A DNA stretch of 63,386 bases, filler included, from Sphacelaria rigidula (Eukaryota), in assembly GCA_964200075.2 (NCBI GenBank). It is 7 parts of 7 records of this genome, joined end to end, with 100 filler letters (N's around TTAATTAATTAA, not from the genome) between each part and the next. Parts side by side here need not be neighbours in the genome. Positions count along the whole stretch, not along the records: positions 1 to 8,970 come from CAXNAA020009615.1; positions 9,071 to 18,040 come from CAXNAA020009616.1; 5 more parts are not named here. The stretch is one strand, 5' to 3'. Positions 1 through 12,744 of the stretch are shown in pieces. Made by a program: the position numbers and the translations under genes. Under the pieces are notes generated by a model. That model was given only the letters and a program-made list of their open reading frames with translations, searched no databases and was not told the origin of the DNA. The stretch's first letter is position 1. Each line of letters starts with the position of its first letter.

Positions 1-689
1 AGACCGGCGCCCAGAATAAATGGGACGACAACACAACACACACACCCAACCTGCGAGAGCACCACCTTGTCATACCCCACCACTTATCAAGCGAAAGAGG
101 ATGGTGTACTGGACGGTGTTGCCACATCTCAGCTCACACGTTAACAGCAGTTGAAAACAGCACATGGTTCAATATTTCACATCTCATCACGCATGCAATG
201 GAGAGGCAGTGTCAACCCTCTGATAAAAGATATCGGAGAGAAGCGGGTCTTCTCGTCAGTGCGTATCTGCTCCGGTGAGGCATCAAAACAACCCCCAGTT
301 GTGACGTGAAAGTACATGCTAGGATGAAGCAGAAGCTGAACAAGAGCAACACAGGTCGATAAAAGGAGTGCGGTGTATGATATAACTAGCATCCGTACTT
401 GGAATTGGTTCCTCAGCAGCCTTTTTAACAGCCGTCAAAAAGAGATACACCGGACACGGGTCCAAAATCGTCGAAAATGAAGCTCAACTCGTTGAGACTC
501 ATATCATGTTACATTCTACGCGATACTTCAAGGAATCGGTAACGTCACATCCCACGTTGACACATGTTCAACCCACTGCCAGAGCAAACAACAATTTTAC
601 AAACAGCGGCTGTTGATTCCAATTCGGAACTGCCCATGATCCCTCTAAAGGATCATCGGGCCACATCTCGTTTAGATGTAGCACCTGGA

Positions 690-2171
690 TATTTAGATCA
701 ACTAGATCTCACAAAGAAAGCAGCGGCGAAACAAGTGTGAAAAACGCGGGAATATTGAACACGACGAAGCCTTCGAAAAAATTAAACAGTTAATGACCGA
801 GACACCCGTCTTCATTGGCCAGATTTCACTAGTGACTTTGCGATGAATGTCAATACGTCAGGCCGAAACGCGGGAGTGTACCTGTCCTAGAAGAAAGGCG
901 ACGGCGATGCAATCGTAGCATACTTGAGTCAACGTTTCAACGATGCTTGATCTCGCTTCTCACCCACCATGAAAGAATGGTATGCGTCCGTACTAGCCAT
1001 TCAGCACTTTGGACCTTTCTCATGGAGCCGTCACTTCACGTGTGTAGCGGATGATGCATTTATTCGATATCTATATGCAATGCAAGATACGAGCAACATG
1101 TTGACCCGTTGGGCGATCGCTTCACAATCATACGATTTCACTGTCAGACACAAACCGAGGGAACTTTATGTCATTCTGGACACTCTCTCACGACTTTTGA
1201 CTTTCGAGCAACGGCGACAGGCTGAAATCAAGCCGTTGCTTACATCAATAAGTCGTAACGTACCAACTGACCACGCGTTGGAAACAGCTAAACCATAACA
1301 TTAATGTCAAATATCAGCTGATAAGCTGACGAATTTAAACCCGGTACAAAGTGACAGAGAGCTGTTCACCGTAAAATCAGTATACGCGAGCGCCACAAAC
1401 GTTTTCATGTCAGTCAACCGCGGAAATGTGCATAACGAGCAAGCTTTCGAGTACGGATCCCCACGTCCAGTATATCATTCAAGAGGAAGCTACAATTCCA
1501 GAAAAAAGAGCCGATCGCATCCATGTCATACTTTTTTGTACAAGACGGGGTGCTATTCAAATCGTATCTGCCTGGACACATGGAAAACAAACTACATTCC
1601 GTGACCAGCTTGTGTTATCAAAGACCTGGATGGGCTTTGTGCTACACTCATATCACGACCATGCACTATCTGGAAGCCACTTGGTTCTTGAACGAGCCTA
1701 CGACAAGATCCGGCAGACGTACTGGTGGCCGTCGATGAACCGCGACATACAGCATTGATGCCTTGGATGTCAAGGTTGCCAACGCCGAGAAACGGCGCAC
1801 AACCGGCCAAAATTGCCGATGGGACACGTTCCGGTAGAAGGGCCACACGAAAGAGTGCCGGTAGACCTGGTCGAATACAAAACGCTGGAGTACTATGTAA
1901 ATACGTACTGTCCGTAATCGACCACCTCACTGGGTACGCTCTTCTTATTCCAGTGCCGGACGAAGAGGCTTCGTCAATAGCCAAAACTGTCGCATCCCGG
2001 AAAAGCTGCATTCCGATCAAGGAGCCGAATTTGAAAATAAGCTAATATGCGCACTGCAACAAGAGCGAGGTTTCAATAAAACTCGGACGGCATCATTACG
2101 CCCGCAAGGTAATCCAGTGTCGGAAGGAGTCCACTTTGCTATGCACGCGATTTTAGCTACGCATATTTCAG
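690..2171 (+). mobile_element. Degenerate Ty3/Gypsy LTR retrotransposon pol, part 1 (RT thumb, RNase H, integrase Zn-finger and core)
   Basis: RNase H-like KEWYASVLAIQHF..RHFTCVADD..LTRWAIASQSYDFTVRHKP (969-1298); integrase HHCC YHDHALSGSH..KIRQTYWWPSMNRDIQH*CLGCQGCQRR; core YVLSVIDHLTGYALLIPVPD and TASLRPQGNPVSE. Multiple stops and frameshifts. Confidence 0.9.
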
Positions 2172-2172
2172 T

Positions 2173-2683
2173 TGATTGATTGATTGATTGATTGATTGTC
2201 GCACTTTAACTGACCCCCAGGGATCCAGTCGTGGTCGCATGATAGACGTACCCAAGACACAACAAAACTGAAACATTCGCTGAAAAAAAAAGAAACAGAG
2301 AAAAAAAGTAGAACATAACCACATCGTAAACTTAGACGTACAAAATAGAATAACAGAGCAAATAAATAAAAAGAAGAGAAAGCACACAAAAGAACGCCGG
2401 TCTCTGCCACACGGCTTCAGCGTCCAAGGTCTTGCGCAGAACCACACTAATACCCAGTCGTAGAAAGGGAAATGTCGTGGAAAGGAAAATATTGCACCTC
2501 ATCTACTACAAGCGCTCTGTTTAGGGTATGGGCCTTCTCATCTACGAAGAAACACACTGAAGCGAGGCAGCACATTGCTTTGTCATACACCATACACCGG
2601 CAGGAAAGAACACATACATCGAGAGAAATATGTGAATGAGGGAGAACAGGGAGGAGACTACAGAAGTGAAGCAAACACACACA

Positions 2684-2753
<70 letters not shown>

Positions 2754-4366
2754 GAAAACAAAACAAATTCAGGGCAGCAGAGCAGATACAGACACACACC
2801 AAGGAGCACCGCAAAGCCACCGACTAAGGATGCAATCAACGACCGATATGAGCAGACAGAATTCTTCGATTGGCGGCCCTTCACGCAGCAGCCTCTCGTT
2901 TGTGACGGCGATCCGATTCTCGTTTGTCCGCGTGTCGCCACGTATTCTCAAAACCTTCCGCTCCTTTTTCGACTGTAATATGCCGTTTGCCCATATTCTT
3001 CGCCGCAGTGACCCAATCGTATACATCGTTGACCTCTAGACCGTAGACGAACCACTTTCGTCGGGCTCCTTTGTGCGGGACAGCCCCTAGCGCACGTAGG
3101 TTCTCCTTTAGGGTATCCTCCCATTGCTTGGGGGGGCGGCCGACCTCCTTGGGTTCTCGTGCGGTTAACGGTCCGTTCAGGATGCTTTTAGGAAGTCGTG
3201 CTTCCCTCTGCCGGACAAGGGCTCCCGCGAGCCAGAGTTGACGCTTACGGATACTCGTCTCGTGACGTTCGCAGTTGGTCATCTCGAGCATCGCTGTGTA
3301 CGAAAGATTCTTGTAGCCATTTCGATCTTTCCTGCGGAATCCAACCACTCACAGCAAAAACTTGTGATGGGCAGTCCGCAGACTGTCGAAGTCCTCAGAA
3401 CATGACGCCCATGCGGCACATCTATACAACAGAGCTTTCACCCCCTCTGCTTTAAGCAGCCAGACTTTCGAGGATAGCTGGGCGTTGGGTCGGTCGCAGA
3501 GTTGGGAGCCTCTTTTCGGATACGCGCCCACGCCGCGCTGATACGGCGGTTGATTTCGATGGATATTTTTGCATCCGCGCTGATAGCTCCACCACAGTAG
3601 ACCAACTTCCCCGCCTGCTTATATTGTTGACCGGCAGCTTTGATGTCCAGGGTGGCCCCCGTGGGACTGGGTACTGACCAAAGGCGCACGGACAGTCTCG
3701 CTCTCGGAAACCATCAGACTGAATCCCTGGCAGATCATCACTATCACGGCCATCATTCGAGCAAGGCTGTCTGAGGTCCTCGAGGCTATGCCGTCGTCGG
3801 CATAAAGCATTGCCCACACCGCGCGTCGCACCTTTTCCAGCGGCGTCTCCTCCAGGGGTTCCCCACCGTCACTTTTTGGCGCATCATCAAGAAAGACCAA
3901 GTCGGCGACGATGACTGGGTCCGCCGCGAACCGCTGAAGGTTCACGTCGACCAAGGCTGCTCCGAAGATGTTAAGCAATAGCGGGGACGAAACGCCACCT
4001 TGTCCGAGTCCCTGGCAGAAGTGGAACCACGCTGGTAGTTCGCCACCATCCAGCTGTACCCGAGCTCGCATGCCGTCGTGAAACATACGGATGATCGTGA
4101 TAATTCGCGGCGGGATCTCGAACTGAGCAAGCACTTCCCACCTGAGCGTGCGGTCCACGGAATCATAGGCCTTCTGCAGATCGACAATGCCCATGTTTAT
4201 TGGGACGTTGCTCGCCCGTCCCAACTCCTGGAGTCGACGTACTACGAACAAAATATGTCTGTGGTTGATCTTTGGCGCCTAAATCCGCACTGCTCTGCCG
4301 GGAAGACATTTATTTCCTCACAGAAATTACCGAGTCTGCTGGCTGCGATTTTGAGGATGATTTCCC
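2173..4366 (-). mobile_element. 5'-truncated RTE-like LINE (RT remnant, 3' UTR, (CAAT)n tail) inserted in the Gypsy integrase
   Basis: EQCGFRRQRSTTD, VDLQKAYDSVDR, QGLGQGGVSSPLLLNIF and MLYADD motifs on the minus strand, frameshifted; the 3' end runs into (TGAT)n at 2173-2198 on the plus strand. Confidence 0.92.
2675..2750. repeat. (CA)n microsatellite in the LINE 3' UTR
   Basis: Directly visible CA run. Confidence 0.95.
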
Positions 4367-5130
4367 GTTCGTGCAAATGGTGTACAATACGTCTTATCCT
4401 AACATCATACATGAGACACCGTACTTTTGATGTTCGGAAGACAGCCCAGATTGCCACCTGACATCATCCTCGGCATCCGGGAGGAAAGCCAAGTAGCAAC
4501 ACAAGAAGAATCTTCAAAATAACCACGGGAAAACTTACATTTGGGGTTCAAACTTGCGAGACAAGCTCGACGAGAAAGAGCGAACGGGCAAGGAAACAAG
4601 AACAGCAAATTCAAATCATTTCCAGTTTTCAAAACCGGTCAAAAGTACTTGTTCACCGACCGTACCAGGACTCGTAAGGTCCACATCCGAAACGCCAACT
4701 TACATGGAGAGGACCCTTCGCTATAAGTGAGAGGCTATCGCCGGTTGTTGACAGAGCCAAATTAGGCGACACCTTCAAAGAAGTGTCAGTACACCTCGCT
4801 CACTTGAAGAAATATCACCCTGGAGAGACACCGCCAGCACCAGATTGTGATGAGTGGAGCGAGTTGTTTTTAGGCAAACGGATACCTCTACCGGAGATAG
4901 ACCAACCAGACGAAACGTTGCCTAAAGTATAGCGTTACGTGGTGGAAAAAGTGGTGGGCCATGCTCCAGGACCAGGTCGGGGAAGTCTTCACAACTATTA
5001 ATATCGGTTGAGACTCAAAGGCTACGGCCCAGCAGCCGATCTAGCCGATCTCATCTGCCGAGCCGATGAAGCACCACAATATAAACATCTCATCGGGAAA
5101 TGCCGTCATGACAAGGGGCTAGCGATGTAC
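4362..5130 (+). mobile_element. Degenerate Gypsy pol, part 2 (integrase C-terminus plus chromodomain)
   Basis: FPFVQMVYNTSY..HETPYF/MFGRQPRLPPDIILG continues the integrase core; near 4932-5043 it reads RYVVEKVVGH..YRLRLKGYGPAADL, which is chromodomain-like. Confidence 0.8.
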
Positions 5131-7356
5131 TCATGATCAGATCCGCAATCCACACACACAGGGGAACGGAAACGGAGGTGATTGTCCAACAGACTGATCC
5201 GGCGTCCTAGCAACACGCTCAAGGGTTGAGCAGAAGCCCAAAGTTCCAATTCGAAAGTCGGTGAGGATTACACATGGAAACGACTTTGAACCAAAACAGA
5301 CATCAACGGAATAACATTTCACAATGTCCACGGTGATGTATAACTTCCCATGGAAGGTATCCTTTCAGCAATCGGGGTAGTTGCTGACAAGAAACAGGGG
5401 TCATTGCGATGATGTTTCGTCAAAGAGCACAATGCTCACAGGATGAAAACACCATACCCACCGCTTTGTTACTAACGCAAGAACTTTGTTCTACTCGGGC
5501 GTCCGTGGATTTGAAGGCATCCCAGAATCCGAGCATGAAAAACCCAGGAGTCTGTGGATCGAAAAGCATCCCAGTGCCCAATCATGTATAACCAGCAGAT
5601 GCATCAGCATCAAAGTGCAAATGCATCTATAAAAATATGTCACATATGACAGTTACATGACAAAAATACCGAATTCAAAGGTTTTGCAAGTGTATGCTCT
5701 GTTAATGGCCACTGGTAGCTAAAGTCTACTGGAGGTGTTCAATCAATGCCACAGTATAGAGAAGGGCCACTTTTGCGATGAGCAGTGGCGTGACTCAATC
5801 AATGATGATCACTCAAAGACGCTTCCACGAATATATCATAAGCGAAGCCCATGATCACTTTGTCCCACCAGCCTCAGTCCTGATGGGCTTGAGGCGAATA
5901 AAGGGGGAGGGGGGGGAGTGTGGAAGACGGCAGTGACACATCAGAGGTTGATGCCACACATGTATGAAGAACCAGCGCATGCAGGTACAACGTAGGACCG
6001 GTCCGAAAGAATCAGAATACCAGGACCCTATAAGGCCAGCGATACTAGACAACTCGGAGTGATGTCGGTGAGACTCCAATTTTACGGTGACCGAGCATTC
6101 CCGGAGGAACAGGGTTCACGTCACGGTGGGTCACTTTTCAGTCTGACCCCTTCTTGTCAATATTGTAGGAGGAAATCATCGCCAGCCTCGGATACCTTCG
6201 GCATCAGGACGTCATCTCCACCGACGGTCTTACCTGTAGGTCTCTGTCTACTCTAACGATACGTCTTCCTCATACACACCGTGATTTTTTGTGTATAACG
6301 TCTGTGTGAATTTTTCTGGGTCCGATTTTTTTACTTTATTTCCTTGTACCTTGTTTTGGGTGGTTAGCCTGTGACAACGGAAGACGTCTGCATTAGATGC
6401 TCAGTACAGAGTACTGTGCAGATATCGGAACGTTTTTTCTGTAAAGACAACAACGACAGCAACAACAACCCTTAACCCTTTGGCAACTACCCCCCCGCAG
6501 GAAGACTGGATAAGACTATCCACATTTGGGGTTCGGAATCATTCCTTTGTCACGACACAAAACGCCTACTCTACAGACCGAAGGATCCAGGGGTGCATAT
6601 GAGGCACGTAGTTGTGAGATGAGAGTCACAACACAGGCGCCTGCAAACAGTGCATTAGTAGTGTGGAATCTGAAGTACTGATATCATTACATTACGCTGC
6701 ATAATTGTGCACAGCAGCAGCAGTCTGTAGCGTTTTGTGCCGCAGCTCCACGAACCTTCTACAGCGTACTAGATCTTGCAGTTTTGCACGTGTTGAGGGT
6801 ACGCAGCGTGCGTGTGTGGTTTTGCACCATGACTACCGCTGCGAACACGCTTACAGCATGTGCCGCGCCTATCGGCGCAGCTTCACTTGCGCTATTGTTG
6901 CTGAGAATTCTCACTGGGCAACACGATCCGCCGCCTTTGAATTGCAAGCAGTACATTGTCCTACACTCTCCCGCAGGCGCCGAGATCTTCAGGACAAGTG
7001 AAAATTAATTCGCCGACCGTCGTGCGTGCCGTCAACTATTTGAAGAGAGCAACCAGGAATTTGTAAACCTACGTTCCGCAGGTCCAGTATCTCAAACTCG
7101 AGGTTCTCGGTATTTTTGACTGTAAAGTGCTGTGAAATGTACCAGGAACCTCGAGTTTGAGATACCTCTTCTGATTCGGAATCATTTCGACATCTGTTCA
7201 TTTCCCGACAGGAATTCTCCACCCCGATGTTCATAACCTCCGAGCAGAGAGGGGTTTTAGAAATAGCGAATGGTGCTTTCACTTTCAAGATCAAAATATA
7301 GCCAGATCGCGACCGGAGCGTGCATTAGCGCCTAGTTTGTAATACTGCGATTGTTA

Positions 7357-7459
7357 CACACCCTGGACAATACATGGTCAATAGATGCAATAGACGAGTA
7401 GTGTACTGCATATATTATAGCCCTATTGCGACTATTGCCGGCCGACAATAGTCGCAATA
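7357..7459. mobile_element. Terminus of a CACACCCTGGACAATAC-type DNA transposon with an adjacent palindrome
   Basis: The same 17-mer is at 16796, with variants at 35564 and (reverse complement) 19440-19456; a 36-bp near-perfect palindrome lies at 7424-7459. Confidence 0.55.
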
Positions 7460-8970
7460 AAGTGGAAATTGTCACGGACCCGAATTTTGTTGTCCCTCCA
7501 TAACTTTTGATCCGAGGTGACGAAAATTACCAAATGCATGTAGGGAACGCCCGCGGCCACGCGCAAAAGGGTAGCTGGGGCAGGGGAAAAAATAAGAGAG
7601 AAATTGTTGCACCAAGCCGGGGTTCGAAGCCGCGTCCTGGGTCTTTCCCCCCGTTTGTTTTTGGCGGTGGAATTTTTTTTTTCTGCTAGCAGTTGCTCAC
7701 AAATTCGTTTCCAGGCCCCGCAGCACCCGGCAAACAATTCTAACCTTCACCTACCAGCCTACAGCTACTTGTAGAGACGGCCATCACACGAAATGTTTAC
7801 ATATGGTACATTTTGGACTTCAAAGTACATGTTTTCACAAATGTTGAAAAAAAGTGGGGATGACAGACACAAAAAGGTTCGGCCCAAACGGTTTTAGAAC
7901 CCGTTTTTCTCTTTTCGCTATGAACGTTTTATTCAGTGCAAATATGCAATAATTTCTGCGGGCAAGATGGCTAACCCCATCACCATAATTTTCCGTTGGA
8001 TTAGAGATCTTGACCACAGCGGGAAAATGATGATGTAGGATGAAAGCAAGTCTCTAAATTACGGCGAGGGACCCCCTCGCCGAGGGGGGGAGGAGAGGTC
8101 TTCATTTTCGCTTGCCTTAGTCGTCCGGCAGGGGCGGGGCATTTTTCATGAGAGGTACCTCTCACGGCTGTGGTAATATGGCGCCGAATTCACCGACACC
8201 AGAATAATGCACAGCCGACAACAAGCCGGGACACAAAGTCCCGTCGATGCACACCCGAAAATGATTCGCATCGTCCATGTCTTAGAGTCGCCCACCGGGC
8301 ACAAGGTATCGGGCTGTCGCCAGTCGATGAGTGGAGAACTGCTCCGTCTCGCCTTCCATTGGACTCCCTGTCATTTGAGAGGTCACAGGAGCCGATCTAA
8401 GAAAATATCTGCACACGCGCCAGGATCACTCGCACGTCGGCGGAGTAACCGCCGGGTGGAGAGACCGTGACCCTGCGCGCGTGCCGCAGCAAAGCACGGT
8501 ACGGGAACACTCGGATGCCAAAAGTGCACAAATGAAGAAGGTCGGACCGTGGAACGATTGCTACTGAAATATTCGCACAGGTCCTCCGAGGATCAAGCAG
8601 AGGCAACGCAAAAACGTCGTCGTCAAACAAACGGTCTCTGCGCCGTCGCTTCGGTGCGTATCATCGTGCACCGAAACGCAAGTCCGATGACAAAAAATAA
8701 AACAAAACTCAACACCGAAAACCCGAATGGTCACAGGCGAAGAAAATGAGTATTCATCACTACGGGTGTGAAGCACACATCCCCAGCCCCCAAGAGACCG
8801 AGATACTATACAGACTTTCACAGACATCGACAACAAGGAATAGACACGGAGGAACGCTACAAAATACGAAGAGAGCCGAGAAGGAGGGGAAAAAAAATCA
8901 GCCCGCCGATCACCGCGCCACAGAGGACAACAGAACCACGCAATACGAGGTGCCTCATACCCAAAACCCA

Positions 8971-9070
8971 NNNNNNNNNNNNNNNNNNNNNNNNNNNNNN
9001 NNNNNNNNNNNNNNTTAATTAATTAANNNNNNNNNNNNNNNNNNNNNNNNNNNNNNNNNNNNNNNNNNNN
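8971..9070. other. Artificial contig spacer
   Basis: N44-TTAATTAATTAA-N44. Confidence 0.98.
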
Positions 9071-9327
9071 TACATGCGGTGGGATTTGATACTATAGTAG
9101 GCGTATATCTTGTACTCACGTACGTGATGTCTGGCTGTGAAGGTCTACTTGTCATGGTGTTGAGGTAGCCACACTCAGTCACTTCCTCCTTTATGCCTTG
9201 TCTGGCTACATAATATTATTCCTCTACAACCCGATCGGCTCTGCCGTGTCCTACGACCGGATTCACCAGTTGTGTCCTCCAGTACCGGTGTACGGACCAC
9301 AAATCACGGAACACAGGGGCGTGGTAC

Positions 9328-9427
9328 CTGCAGGGGTTGACCCGATTTGTTTTGAAAACCGTCGATCCTGAGGTATTTTGAACTACGGGGCGGTCCTCTA
9401 AGCACGCGGTCCTCTCACGCATTACAG
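9328..9427 (-). mobile_element. Partial copy of the MITE at 55968-56184
   Basis: The reverse complement aligns by eye with 55968-56066; both six-frame translations read MRERTACLE..VVQNTSGST.F.TNR. Confidence 0.7.
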
Positions 9428-9564
9428 TACCATCCCGTAAAATGATCGAGTTGGTATCAATGTAATCTTCAAAAATATTTCTGAGCTCTATTCCGCCGAA
9501 ATTTTGCGGGGACCATCATTCCGAAACTTTGCGAGGGCCTGCATTGTGCGGGGTAATTCTTCAC

Positions 9565-9981
9565 CTTGAAGTCCTTCACTATTCGATGTAAAAACACCGC
9601 ATAGTTGCCCAAACATAAACAGTTCCGAGGGCTCAGTCGCAGCGCCTTCTCATATAGTACCCCTGCCTTTCCCGCCCCATCCACACCTTGGCCCTCTACC
9701 AGTGCCGCGTACCATCCCATGGTCAGTGCCAGAGCCTCGTCGTCCCAACACGAAGACGCTTCCGTTGAAATATCTTTGCCCTCTTTATTGGGAGCAGCGA
9801 TGACCCTTTCGAATAATCTCTCCGCTTCTGATCGTCGGCCGAGATCAGCCAGCAGTTGTGCCAACGCAGAGAGCGCGAATACGTCATCTGGGCGATCGGC
9901 AACGGCCTGTCGAAAGTTGGACTCTACCGTGCGAATGCAATCGACGTTCGTCGAGTTGTGCTGCTCCGATGCTGTAGACAT
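9565..9981 (-). CDS. Exon of a TPR-repeat protein (partial gene)
   Basis: FRQAVADRPDDVFALSALAQLLADLGRRSEAERLFERV and LYEKALRLSPRNCLCLGNYAVFLHRIVKDFK are TPR-like; donor AAG|GTGAAG at 9565/9564. The 5' boundary is uncertain (ATG at 9981 or acceptor at 9971). Confidence 0.8.
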
Positions 9982-10532
9982 GGATAAATGATGGGCGCTA
10001 CAGGAGAGACACCAGAGAGGGTGATCGCATTCTTGTATCAAGAGTCTGAACACAATAATATGCTGGGTCAGAGATACTCCTGGTATGACTGCTGTGCTTG
10101 ATTCTTGGTTGAAGTGGTGAAGACAATCCAGCGGGGATGAACCTCAGGCATACAAATACAGCCCAAGCGCAAACAGCAACCAAAGGCCGACCCATTCCAG
10201 GATGGGTCAAGTTTTTTATTTCAAGAAGACACAACGCTGGTTGATCAGACCCGTAGTCATTGTCAGGCACTTCGTCAGTTAACCATACATGGTGAGGGGG
10301 CTTCCAAAGACAACGATGGAACTCGAACGTCAGAAATGCAATATATTCACAGACTGTCAAAAGCCACCCGAGCCACGCCGCCTGGCTGGTAATTACTGTT
10401 GCGCCAGCGCAGCAGAAACTCATCATAATCGATTGTTTGCGAGTAGTGACGTCTTGCATTCCTGTGGACGTTGGATGGATCAGATGTGCGGGAAATAATG
10501 TGAAGTAGGCGATTTTGAAGAGGTCACTTTAC

Positions 10533-10883
10533 CACTCGGTAGTTGAGAGATATTTCTCGGAAAGTTATGGTTTGTGCAGGTGCTGATGCATTTCGAATAA
10601 CACTAACCCTAACCCCAACCCCAACCCCAACCCCAACGGAGACATACCGAGAACCCTCGGGTAAGGGAGGTGTAACGTGTTCCCAAGGCAAAGTGTGCGT
10701 TGTCAGACCTCAAATCGGCGCCCCAGGCGCCGAATTAGACAAAAACGCGTTCTGAGCACGCTAGGAGCACGCCAGGAGCATAGCGCCCTCCAAAGATCCA
10801 GATTTCGGTGTCCACACTAAATCCAATACTGCACCTGTCCACAAACCGTAAATTTCCGAGTACTATCCGTCAACTACCGAGTG
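10533..10883. mobile_element. MITE with ~50-bp imperfect TIRs (CACTCGGTAGTTGA..) and internal telomere-like repeats
   Basis: CACTCGGTAGTTGAGAGATATTTCTCGG..CAGGTGC matches the reverse complement of GCACCTG..CCGAGTACTATCCGTCAACTACCGAGTG; internal CCCTAA/CCCCAA run at ~10600-10636; relatives at 42102-42178 and 42721-42865. Confidence 0.8.
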
Positions 10884-12584
10884 AAGTCTACTGGTTTTGA
10901 AATATGGGAACGATTTGTGCGAAGTAGTGCCCCGCGTCGCCGCTCTCAAATGATCGTTCTCCTCCCCCGCCCCCGGCGTCGAACGACGCCTCCCTCGCTC
11001 CCTTCCTTCCCTATTTGCAGCGACACATTTTTCGTGGGTAACACACGAAATACGAGTGCCCGAAAAGGAGCGAGGCAATGCTAATGGGATAAGTATTTAC
11101 TTGTTGAGAACCGGCACGAGAAAGCGGTAACTTCTTGACAGCCGAAGGCAGGTGCCACATAATACTCGGCTAGGGAACGACGCCACAGCGGAAACCCAAT
11201 AGACTGCATGTGTTCTCGTGTCGATCCTACCTTATGGCTATGTTTAATGGTCTAACCCGCGGATATGACAGTAGTCTGGGACGACAAGGAGTCGGGGGGT
11301 TGAAGTCGCAAGTTCGAAAAACGCGCCATTTTTGTAGTACGTCACTTTTATCGCTAGTGTGCCATGGTGCTTCGCTTGCTTCCTCTTCGTCTGTGTTGCG
11401 GGGCATTTTCCTCTTCAGTTTCGGCCTTGTACGTACCTCTCTTGACCACGCCATAGGTACTAAAGCGCGCAAGTGCGCGTTCAAGTATGTACGCACACGC
11501 TCACTTTTTCGGAAGAACTTCCTACAAAATATTTCGTTCCTTCGCTTTTGTATCAATCGTTGCTAGGAAATCCTTCCCGAGATCACAAATTATGAGCTGG
11601 TACTCAATGCTAACGTTCATCTAGCGAATTCGCTGGTCACGGGACAGTGGTTCACCTACCGACGACAATTTCATACGCATATATTGCGCGAGAACTCGAC
11701 AGCCCCACAATAGCCCCGCTTCACTTCAACCTGGCACCAGCACGGTAAGGATATTCGTCCTCGCATCAATTCGCAGCGAAAATGGCGTACAACCGCCGTG
11801 ATACTACTAGTCGTAAATGTTACATTTATCTACAGTTTATTGGTGTGCTTCGCCCGTTAATCTACTCGTGGCGATGCGCACAACAACCATCGTCTTATAC
11901 TCCGCGACGTATCCTATTACAGGCCGTGGGGGAACAAACTTGCAACGCAACATGACTACATCCTATGCCATGGCGAGTGCTTGTTGCAACCGTTCGGGAG
12001 ACAGAGAAATATGACAAAATATCCGCTTGCCACCACAGGAACTGGGTGTCCGCATTACCGAGCAGCACACATAACAAGCTACAGCGGGAGTGATCTCATC
12101 ATACCGTAAGAGAATCGATGAGCCGGTCACTTTCCACTTCACAGACAACAGTCATTGCTATTTCCATAACAAGTGCACCGTGAGGCCGTTTGATTTTGAT
12201 AAGGCATGTTCTGTGGAGTCACTGACCCCGCCCTACCCGCCAAACTCCACACCCTTGCGAGTACTCATCATCACTCGTCGAACGGATTCTGAGGTATGCA
12301 ATGTACAAAACGTAACGACGCCTCTTCGATCAGATGCTCTGTTGGTATAGACTAACCAGACATTTTTTCTCCCGGCTCTTGGATCTTGCGCATACCACCA
12401 ATGAGACCCGCACCCCCACCCCTGCCACCTCACGCTCCAGTAGAGCAACCTACCACGGAAGGAGCCTTCTTTCCCAAACAGGCTCAACTCTCCCCCCTCC
12501 TCCCTTCCTCGGATATAGCACTGACGTAAACAAAAGCCAAAATATAACACAAGAACGGGGTGCATTGACGTGAGAAAGGCAACC

Positions 12585-12744
12585 TCAGCGACTGATCCGT
12601 ACAACGGACTGGCCTACTTGCAACACGTCTCCGGCCTTCAGTAGTTGCGGAGCCCTAGCCCTTGACTCGTTGACAAAGGTACCGTTGAGGCTCCCGGCGT
12701 CTTCGCACCTTAGGCCCTCGGCCGTGGGACGCAGGACTGCGTGC
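12585..12744 (-). CDS. Last exon of an FHA-domain protein (C-terminal half of the FHA)
   Basis: Acceptor TAG|G; HAVLRPTAEGLRCEDAGSLNGTFVNE..LLKAGDVLQVGQS has the FHA D.GS.NGT motif; joins the exon at 17529-17656 in phase 2. Confidence 0.85.

Noticed and set aside
2447..3039. (CV)n and (HT)n ORFs
   Set aside because: These are translations of a (CA)n repeat in a LINE 3' UTR.
5137..5620. Possible minus-strand exons or transposase remnants (also 177-392, 23648-23975, 54845-55045, 55578-55950)
   Set aside because: No recognisable motif or phase-consistent gene model, so they cannot be supported.
9015..9026. TTAATTAATTAA as a biological motif recurring every ~9.07 kb
   Set aside because: It is an assembly linker with stops in all six frames, embedded in N runs.
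10600..10636. True telomere
   Set aside because: Short, degenerate, internal and enclosed by TIRs.
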